Below, one piece after another: positions 13,153-21,800 of a stretch of DNA of 64,000 bases. This DNA comes from Octopus vulgaris (lineage: Eukaryota): positions 44,764,001 through 44,828,000 of the forward strand of contig OX597833.1 of assembly GCA_951406725.2 (NCBI GenBank). Direction: 5' to 3'. The notes below the pieces were generated by a model. It did not search any database, was not told the origin of the DNA, and saw only the letters and a list, made by a program, of their open reading frames with translations. The translations under genes and the position numbers were made by a program. Each line of letters opens with the position of its first letter. The first letter of the stretch is position 1.

Positions 13153-16100
13153 ATGTGTTTGTCCCCCTAGCATTGCTTGACAACCGATGCTGGTATGTTT
13201 ACGTCCCCGTCACTTAGGGGTTCAGCAAAAGAGACCGATAGAATAAGTACTGGGCTTACAAAGAATAAGTCCTGGGGTCGATTTGCTCGACTAAAGGCGG
13301 TGCTCCAGCATGGCCGCAGTCAAATGACTGAAACAAGTAAAGGAAAAGAAAGAAAGTACCATTTCAAAAGGAACAGGATATACAGTATCTGACTGCATAT
13401 CTCAGACTATGTTGTGAACCAACAACTTTACACCTGCAGTGGTCTCCCCTCTTGAGGGAACTCTTCTGACGAAGAGACTACGGTGGTTTGGTTACATTGT
13501 GGTGACCCATGACAAACTCATCTGGAAGGCAACAGCACCAGATCCTTCCCTGGGTTGGCATACGCAAAGAAGTGGTCAGCTGAAGACACGGCTCACAAAA
13601 GTCAAAGTAGATATGAAGCTCATTTCTGACCCTGGAGTCTTTGGCATTTGCCGCTGTTACTTGGGAATGGCTTCAACACGCTGCAGAATCAGCCACTAAC
13701 AGATGTGTTTAAACCGCTTTGACCCATGATGTGGTGAAACTAAATAGGAGCCAGCTTAACCCCTCCCAGGTGAATGCTATTACAAGACAAGAGGATATAC
13801 AGTTTGGAGAGAGTGACAGACAACTACCATTCTTTGTGCACAGTATGCACTTTTTTCCTCGTGGCACGTAACTGTGCCGGTGGCACGTAAAAGGCACCAT
13901 CCGAACATGGCTGATGCCAGCGCCGCCTTGACTGGCTTCCGTGCCGGTGGCACGTTAAAAGCACCAACCGAACGTGTCCGATGCCAGTGCCACCTTGACT
14001 GGCTTCCGTGCTGGTGGCACGTTAAAAGCACCAACCGAACGTGGCCGATGCCATCGCCGCTTTGACTGGCTTCTGTGCCAGTGTCACATTAAAAGCACCA
14101 ACCAATCGTGGCCGCTGCCAGACTCCCCTGGCACATAAAAAGCACCCACTACACTCGCGGTGTGGTTGGCGTTAGGAAGGGCATCCAGCCGTAGAAACAC
14201 TGCCAGATCAGACTGGAGCCTGGTGCAGCCTCCTGGCTTCCCAGACCCCGGTCGAACCGTCCAACCCGTGCTAGCGTGGAAAACGGACATTAAACGATGA
14301 TGATGATACTCACTAAGAATTATTCAAACAAACAGGAATGCAACTTACCAGAAGTACCATCAGTTCTTGCTGTAGTCTGTGGGGTAAGAAAGAAAGAAGA
14401 AAGTTATGAAAATAGTTATTCTAACATTAAAATGTTCTTTTCTTTCATTAACCCATTAGCATTCCAATTACTGTCAAATGTATGCTCATTTGTTCATGCA
14501 TTATCTCACAGCTTCCAGATTTTGAAAATGCACTTATTTTTAGAATGACATTGTATAGTAGGTGTGAGAGGCCTGATCTGGCTGGATTGAACATTTGGGC
14601 CTAATATGGCCAGTTTAAATGCCAAAAGGTTAAGCAAGCTCCACTGTTGCAAAAACAAAGCGCCATAGAGAAACATGTAGTCAATTGAATCAACCTCTTA
14701 CATCCAATCAACTAGTTCTTTATTAAATGAAAGGGAAAAGTTGGCATTTGATCTAAAAAAAATTGAAAAAAAAAAAAATTTTTTATGACTAAGTTATAAC
14801 CGTCCAACCTTGTGTTCTACAAAATCCTTTTCCTAATATATGCCCCAAGAATATTTTAGCATTTGTTACATGAGAATAAAGTTACTTAACTTCAGAAATA
14901 TAGATACTATATACAACTGCGTAGTGAAACAAAGAGAAAGCAAGATTAGTAGAAAGAATCAACAGCTATTTCAGTGGTATGCAAGTATCCAAATTTACCA
15001 AAATTCTTTAACCTATACTTCACTAGCACAGACAAATAAAAACATAAAAGGATTTATAAAAACAAAAAACAAAAAAAAAAGACTATTTTCATATCACAGG
15101 TGAACTGCCAGTTTGAAGGTATAACTGAAGCAGAATACTTTTCATTTGCAATCTCATAGTAACAGATGAACCAATACAACGATTACCAAACACATTGTGG
15201 CTTCAATCACCTATATATATTTTTTTTGTACATTTTTTTCTTGTGCTTGTGAACAGGTGCAGTTGTGTGGTAAGTCAAAGGAAGAATTAAGAATCACTGC
15301 TCCAGACGAAAGAGAATTTAGTGGTGAGCTGGCAGAATCGTTAGCATGCCGGGCGAAATGCTTACCGGTATTTCGTCTACCACTACGTTCTGAGTTCAAA
15401 TTCTGCCGAGGTTGACTTTGCCTTTCATCCTTCCAGGGTCGATAAATTAAGTACCAGTTATGCACTGGGGTCGATATAATAGACTTAATCTGTTTGTCTG
15501 TCCTCTCTGTGTTTAGCCCCTTGTGAATAGTAAAGAAATAGGTATTTCTTCTGCCGCTACGTTCTGAGTTCAAATTCCACCGAGGTCGACTTTGCCTTTC
15601 ATCCTTTCAGGGTCAATTAAGTAAGTACCAGTGGGCAGTAAAGAAATAAGGAGCCTGCTACCCAGAGTTCAGTCCTACTGCATGGCACCTTGGGCAAGTG
15701 TCTTCTAATGTAGCTTCAGGCCATCCAAAACCTTGACTGGATTTGATTAGACAAACGCTGAAAGAAACCCATCATATATATATGTGTGTGTGTTTGCATC
15801 CCTGTAACTTGGTTTGGCAAAAAAAAAAAAAAAAAGACCGATAGAATTAGTACCAGGCTTAAAAAAGAAGTGATGCGATCGATTCATTTTACTAAAACTT
15901 CAAGGCAGTGCCCCAGCATGGCCAAAGTCTAATGACTGAAACAAGTAAATGATAAAAGATATATCTACATCTACATTAAAACTCAGGGAGCAAATCTAAG
16001 AATGAAGTTTACTCTCTCTTTTACTCGTTTCAGTCATTTGACTGCGGCCATGCTGGAGCACCGCCTTTAGTCGAGCAACTCGACCCTGGGACTTATTCTT

Positions 16101-18374
16101 TGTAAGCCTAGTACTTATTCTATCAGTCTCTTTTGCCGAACCTTTGACACTGATTTTACTCTAGGTTTAAATATTTACTTTCATTTCTCCTATATCTATT
16201 TCTTTATTACCCACAAGGGGCTAAACACAGAAGGGACAAACAAGGACAGACATAGGTATTAAGTCGATTACATCGACCCCAGTGCGTAACTGGTACTTAA
16301 TTTATCGACCCCGAAAGGATGAAAGGCAAAGTCGACCTCGGCGGAATTTGAACTCACAACGTTGTGACAGACCGCTAAGCATTTCGCCCGGCGCGCTAAC
16401 GTTTCTGCCAGCACGCTGAACCAAAATATTAAACTATGGCTACTATTCAACAGACTGACATCTGGTGTAAGTTTAACCCCTGGAAGCAAAGCTTGGTAAA
16501 TTTTCACCGTTAACCCCAAGACGGGTGTAATCGTTGATCGGTAGACTTTCGGAATAACTATCAACTACCTCAAAGAGAAAGGAACTGGTAGTTGTTTTAC
16601 CTGGGAAGGTATTTTTGCTGAAAAGACTTTTTAAAAACTTTTTGCCCTTCCCCGCCTTCCACCAAATTCCTATATTTTTGTGGTAACCCTAATCCCCTAA
16701 TGAGTGTACACTGTAGAAACATCGTTACGAAGATGCATCGGGACACCCGTATTTTAGTGCCATATTTTAACTTGTTACTCTCGTCTCTGGGAGGGGTAAA
16801 AAAAAATATCATTCCATCTGTTTTTGCATAGATGTAAGGGAGTTTTAGATAAAAACTTCCAGCTGAATGGAGGCATGAGTCAAGGGAAGAACTAAGAATC
16901 ACTGCTCCAGATGAAAGGGAATTTAGTGGTGACCTAATCCTCCATCAAGGACCGATGGTTATTTGTGATCTGGGTTTTTCTTACATTGTAGTAATGTTTT
17001 CTGTCTTCTTAAAGTACACCAAACCGTCTTAGAAAAAGAATACGTTAGAAAATTTGGTCCTGAGTTGCCTGAACATCGGAAAAAGACGGGATGGTCACAA
17101 GCGAAAACCTTTGATATAGGTCAGCCCGATTAACAATTAAAAAGGTTAAATAAGGAAGTGAATATTTCATTGATTTGTTATACAACTACCACGTTTATGT
17201 GTTTTCGTGTAATCTTTTGTTAAACTACAGAACAAAGCAATTCCAATGCAAGGAATTTGATCTAAAGCCAAAAAAAAAAGCCCCTACTCTACAGTTACAA
17301 GAAAATTTGTAGGAAAGCGAGTCTACAAACAATAAATGACATTTAAAATGTGTGGTTGTGTTCCAGAATGATCAACGCACAAGGGATGGTTACTCGAGAT
17401 TAAAACCAGAGATCACCTCCTGCCAGTTAAAATCCGAAGTAATAAATTCTTCTTTGAAAATGATGCGAGAAGAAAATTAATGGCCAAGAGATAACGAAAC
17501 GATAAAACCAGGAATTAATTTCAGCGATATTTCGAACTATTGGCCGGATTACTTCAGAAAATCTCACAGATAGTCGAATACAGGATGTAACGAAGCAAAA
17601 AAAAATCGTTTTTAATAGGGCTACCTATATAACGGTTAAATTCTTCAGATGAATCCGAGCTCACCTCCACGACGACGATGACGACTCAACAAGTCAATGA
17701 ACTCACACATACAGTAATAATTATTGTACAACAGTCACAATAGTTACTAATCGAGTGACTAACAAGCTTGGAAATAACTCAAAAACTATTCTGTATGAGT
17801 GTATCTCTTCCATTACGAGAGGGAAGATTCAAGAAGAGAGAGAGAGAGATAAAAACGGAAGAAATAAATTTTTGAGTAACAGTATTTGAAAATATAATAC
17901 GGGGTAGGAGTAAAAAAAAAATAACACCAACGTATTTTCACAGTTGTTAGTCGATTTAGCTAAGCAGTAAAACCAATGGTTAAGTTAGTAAATTTGAATT
18001 TGTAACGAATTGGTTAATGGTAGAATGTTTTAGACAATTAACTGGACAACCTAAGTTTTTAAAAAAAAATTTAATTCTACCATTGTTACTAATTTAAAAT
18101 TAAGCTTATATGTATACACACATACAATTATATATATACACACATACATTTATATATATATATATACACACATACATTTATATATATATATACACACATA
18201 CATTTATATATATATATATATAAACGGTAAAAAGAATTTTCAAAATTATATATAGTAGAAACATAAGTAAACACATAAATACCTTTTGGTAACAGAATGG
18301 TTGTCTTTGGCAGTTGTGCTGTTAGGTTCTTTCCTTGTGGTACTAGCAGCAGGATCTCTATTCTGGGAGGCCAT
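4357..18374 (-). CDS. UBE2C: Ubiquitin-conjugating enzyme E2 C (UbcH10), spliced gene; CDS join complement(18283-18374, 14349-14376, 11611-11697, 8294-8498, 4357-4472), 175 aa
   Basis: Hand translation: [78 protein letters not shown]...[75 protein letters not shown]. The MASQNRDP N-terminus is characteristic of UBE2C; the HPN motif and catalytic Cys are intact. All introns are GT-AG and exon lengths sum to 528 nt. Confidence 0.97.
5027..5464 (+). repeat. Tandem array of SINE-B tail units (six tails, 74-89 bp period) between 16-bp direct repeats
   Basis: TAGCCCCTT(T)GTGGGTAGTAAAGAAATAGG at 5027, 5101, 5187, 5276, 5350 and 5438; GGTATTGTAAAAAAGG at 5009-5024 and 5465-5480. Confidence 0.9.
7065..7462 (+). 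mobile_element. SINE family A, full-length reference copy
   Basis: A-box-like TGGCTGTGTGG, B-box-like GGTTCGGTCCC, CORE-like GGCAAGTGTCTT, internal microsatellite, tail GGCGGTGCTCCAGCATGGCCGCAGTCAAATGACTGAAACAAGTAAAAGAG. Roughly 20 full or partial copies in the window. It resembles the described octopus tRNA-SINEs, but the family name is not verified. Confidence 0.88.
8294..8498 (-). CDS. UBE2C: UBE2C coding exon 4 (205 nt, catalytic core)
   Basis: ccag|VYDGLRFKL...[38 protein letters not shown]|gtaac; lies inside ORF 8253..8639. Confidence 0.97.
8593..8984. mobile_element. Non-autonomous DNA transposon with GG..CC ends and 8-bp TSD CAATAGTT (Merlin-like)
   Basis: TIR GGATCTTTTCGGTTTGAACGGCA / TGCCGTTCAAACTGAAAAGATCC; TSD at 8585-8592 and 8985-8992. 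Confidence 0.88.
9094..9319. mobile_element. piggyBac-type MITE family 2 (older)
   Basis: TCAA-CCCTTTAGCATT...AATGCCAAAGGG-TTAA; related reverse copy at 14448-14633. Confidence 0.75.
9963..10141. mobile_element. hAT (Charlie-like) MITE with 8-bp TSD ACCTAGAG
   Basis: CAGTGCTTTTCAA...TTGAAAACCACTG; TSD at 9955-9962 and 10142-10149. Confidence 0.87.
11611..11697 (-). CDS. UBE2C: UBE2C coding exon 3 (87 nt)
   Basis: tgcag|[29 protein letters not shown]|gtaatt; lies inside ORF 11548..11775. Confidence 0.95.
11724..11954. mobile_element. piggyBac-type MITE family 1 (about 230 bp, TTAA TSD)
   Basis: TTAA-CCTTTT...AAAAGGG-TTAA; same body as the copies at 33799, 51822, 52741 and 60542. Confidence 0.85.
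12102..12337 (-). mobile_element. tRNA-derived SINE family B (about 235 bp)
   Basis: Reverse match to 37552-37783. Confidence 0.83.
12948..13345 (+). mobile_element. SINE family A
   Basis: Full-length match to 7065-7462. Confidence 0.87.
13400..13790 (+). mobile_element. Old RTE LINE 3'-end fragment
   Basis: RLRWFGYI and GW...GQLKT remnants; ends in caagacaag like the related fragment at 33330-33578. Confidence 0.6.
13860..14307 (+). mobile_element. RTE 3'UTR-family copy with a 67-bp tandem hairpin array, ending about 40 nt from the UBE2C microexon donor
   Basis: Units GTGCCGGTGGCACG..AAAAGCACC at 13874, 13941, 14008 and 14075; (GAT)n tail. Confidence 0.8.
14349..14376 (-). CDS. UBE2C: UBE2C coding exon 2 (28-nt microexon)
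   Basis: Polypyrimidine tract then cacag|ACTACAGCAAGAACTGATGGTACTTCTG|gtaagt = (R)LQQELMVLL; restores the frame between exons 1 and 3. Confidence 0.93.
14448..14633. mobile_element. piggyBac-type MITE family 2
   Basis: TTAA-CCCATTAGCATT...AATGCCAAAAGG-TTAA. Confidence 0.72.
15322..15650 (+). mobile_element. SINE B head-to-tail dimer
   Basis: A full unit whose tail AAAGAAATA runs directly into GGTATTTC..GAGTTCAAATTCC of a second, partial unit. Confidence 0.8.
16197..16412 (-). mobile_element. SINE family B
   Basis: Reverse match. Confidence 0.8.
18107..18222. repeat. Compound (TA)n-CACACATACATT minisatellite near the 5' end of UBE2C intron 1
   Basis: About five units of 20-26 bp. Confidence 0.8.
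18283..18374 (-). CDS. UBE2C: UBE2C coding exon 1 (92 nt)
   Basis: ATG at 18374, [10 protein letters not shown]...SVTK(R), donor AG|GTATT. Confidence 0.95.
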
Positions 18375-18712
18375 CGAGCGCGAAATTTGATAAAAACAGA
18401 AAAGGAATTAAGTTAGGGAAGACTAGAACGGTCAAATACTTTGAATGTATTTTGTAACTGATGAGATCAATCAATAATTTGTGATGAAAAAGAATGTTTA
18501 ACTTTTAAGACTACAATCACACTCTGCCTGGACAAGTTTGAAAATTATGCTTGTAAAACGATTTAACCAATCAAAGGCGAATCAAATCAAAATTAACCAA
18601 TCAGTAACGGGTTTAAATAAGTTTGTTAGTTTGCACCAATCAAAATGAATGTAATTTTATTGTGTTCATATAGATTTCACTTCCGGTACAAACACATGTC
18701 AAGGGTGATTCT
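18375..18712. promoter_or_regulatory. Bidirectional promoter and 5'UTRs shared by UBE2C and the CCDC90B-like gene
   Basis: 338 bp between divergent ATGs. CCAATCA at 18567, 18597 and 18636; TTTGAA (CHR type) at 18537-18542 and 18440-18445; TTTAAA at 18612-18617; CACTTCCGGT (ETS/GABP type) at 18678-18687; TTTCGCGC (E2F consensus, - strand) at 18378-18385. Confidence 0.8.
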
Positions 18713-18806
18713 ATGGCGTGTGGTCGCTTTACTGTTTTGCCTTTACTCCGAAAAAGTCAATTAATTTTGGAGAATTATAAAAATGACCAATTTTCCTTTC
18801 TCAGCA
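18713..18806 (+). CDS. CCDC90B: CCDC90B-like probable coding exon 1 (putative mitochondrial presequence)
   Basis: ATGGCG start next to the promoter motifs; [31 protein letters not shown]; strong donor GCA|GTAAGT; phase 1 fits the exon at 36814. Confidence 0.7.
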
Positions 18807-21800
18807 GTAAGTGGGTTTTTTTTCCTTTCCGTTTACTTAACTCAGTATATTTTTTTATGATATAATTTTGTAATAAAAAGTTTCTGAATTCATAATTGCG
18901 TAACATAAAGTATTTCCTCCTTTTAATTTATTACATATGCCATCGCATCTCAAGTTTATGTAATTTCTCTCGTGACTTTGTAACATACATATTTGATGCT
19001 CTAATTTATTTTTGTATTGTCTTTTACTTGCCGGTTAATTATTACGAAATAACAATCTTTTCCCCCTTTGTTTGCAATGGACTTTCATCCATTGAATAAT
19101 AATAATAAAAAAGAATTTGTCCTATAATAAAAACAACAGATGGTGATCCTTCGGCACTAGTACACGACATCATTCACCCACACAACTTTCCGGCATTGCC
19201 CAACCTTCCTTCATAACAGCTAAAGAGGCTAGGCTGGAAAAGAGGGTGTATCCAGTACTGAAGGATCGCCCTTCAGATTGTTAGCTGTTGAAAATAATGT
19301 AATAAAGACATATTTAGTAAAATATCTGGATCTGAAAAGTACGCATCAAAATTAATCATAGGGAAATCGGGTTCTTACATTCTTATTAAAATTTAATTTA
19401 AAAACCTTCAGTAAAATGTTGAGGTCATAAGTAGTAAATGGAAATTAAAGATTTATTTTTCTTTATTTAAGGGTGAACATTTTAACAATCATTGAAAGCG
19501 AATAATACTTTGTTTTGTCTGCATATTTGATTATACACTCGGTCGACTAAGGCAGCTACTTTAATTATACCACTTTTTTAAAGGCTGAATGTCCTGACCT
19601 TTTGAATAGTTGACAAGTTCATCTAGTCTCTATCGTTCAGAATGTTATAGAACTTATGTCGAAATTAGAGGAAAGTGACGTAACTGATATTAGGGGTAAA
19701 ATGTACTTTTATGTCAAAACTGGAGATGGCGTATTTTAATTAGAAATTGTGTGTTGTAATTATTTACATTTCCTGTTAGTGATAGATATGTGGGTATACT
19801 GTATTACATTAGGTAAAGGCAGATACAAAGAAAAAGCAGCACTAACACTCAAATTATGTCACTTCATCCCCTGTATGTTTGTGCGTTGGGTAGTTCTCCG
19901 GTATTCTCGATCTATTGCGTACTTTGTTTTTCTCGGTGTCTGTAAACAACCTTCGAATTTTCCAAAAGGTTTGACCCCATGTCGCTTGTGATATTCCCGT
20001 ATTTTCGTTACTCCTCTTGATTTCCATCTCGGTTGCCACATTTCGTAACCAGCCGGTTGCATTCTTCGTTCCGCCATAATGTCTTGGAGCCTTCACGACC
20101 ATACTCTGTTCAAGGTTTCATCGTTTTAGGATATGATCTTGAGAAAATTCTTTTGAGATTTTGGCGAAAGTAAAGAATACGTACACCCTATGTTTAGTGT
20201 TAGGGTTTGGGATAGGATTAGGGTTACGCAGAAAACAAATGGTGTACGTATTCTTTACCTTCGCCGAGATTTTCTTCAAACACATTTAGTGAAAAATATT
20301 CAGTATTTCTTTTGTTGGTGTCTAGTAATATTCATCAACCAGATTTTGTATATTCGCTAAAATACTACTGTCGCCTTTTCGATTTTGCATTTAACATAGG
20401 TTTCAAGGGGCTAATGCAGTTTCGCACCTCATCTTCAAAAGTGCCTTTTTTTGAAAAATTTTCGGATCTTTTCCTTTTGAAGGCCAGATTTCAACACAAT
20501 TTCTGGTTAACTAAACACTTTAAAAATAATGTTTTCTTAAGACACATTCTACCACTATACGAAGTTTAAAAGTGTTTAGTTAACTGGAAATTGTGTTGAA
20601 ATCTGGCCTTCAAAAGGAAAAGATCCAAATTTTCTTCGTATTCCTAGGTTTTATAGATGTAAGCGATTACAAATATGCAAAAAAAAATAATAATAATAAT
20701 AATTTTACCCCCCCCTCAACCTTTATCATTCGGTCGCTTTTATGTCCGTGTTCACATGCCAGTATAAGTTGCACAAATACATATGACTGCCCTTCTTGTT
20801 AACTTTTACCTACTTTGCAAGTGAGGGACTTTTTAATCCACTTGCTGTTCGAAAGCATAAATTTGTTGGCTTTCATGTGAAGATATAGAATGAAAACATT
20901 CACACACACACATATAAATTTATGTGTGTGTGTGTGTGTGTATGTATATATATAAAAATACAAAATGGGACAAGAACGCAAAACATTCAAATAGACGATA
21001 CGAAAACGGACGGGTCATTCGAAGCCTCTAATCCTCAGTCAAGAACTGGATCATCCTCGCAATTTCGGCTGAATACCAAAGCAGACTTAGCTAATGCTGG
21101 TGCCACACAAGGAGCACCCAGTTCACTTTTTAAAGCCATAAAAAGTACCTACTCCACTCTGTAAAGTCGTTGGCAAAAAGAAAGGCATCAAGCTGTACAA
21201 CCTATACCAAAGCAAACCTTGCTGGTGTTGGTACCTCATAAAAAGCACCCAATCCACTCTGTAAAGTGGTTGGCATTAGGAAGGGCATCAAACTGTAAAA
21301 ACCATAGCAAAGCAGACCTTGCCAGCACTGGCAAGGTCACACAAAAAATGCCCAGTCCACTCTGTAAAGTAGTTGATGTTAGGAAGAGTACCCAGCTGTA
21401 AAGATCATGCCAGATTAGACAGTGGAGCTTGGCATATTCCTTTTTGTGCTTGTTGCCCCACAATCCCCACTTGATTTGCAACTGGTGTTGGTTTGTTTAT
21501 GTCCCCATGACTGAGCAGTTCAGCAAGAGACAGATAGAATGAATACCACACTTTAATAAAATAAGTACTGCAGTCAATTTGTTCAACATGTTCGCAGTCA
21601 AACGAATGAAATAAGTAAGACATAAGATACATGAAAATAAAACCCTTACCCTTGATGCCATGCAGTTCAATAAAACTTAAGACCTCCTGATTACAAAGCA
21701 AACTCCAAGTCCACCACAGTCATACTTGTTTGTATGTGTGTTGTAACTATTACTTTTCTTTTTTTTTTGTTTCAGTCATTTTGACTGTGGCCATGCTGGA

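Noticed and set aside
17640-17720. Donor-like GAG|GTGAGC on the - strand in a CpG-rich part of UBE2C intron 1 (possible alternative exon)
   Set aside because: No supporting acceptor, start codon or homology; it cannot be supported without transcript data.
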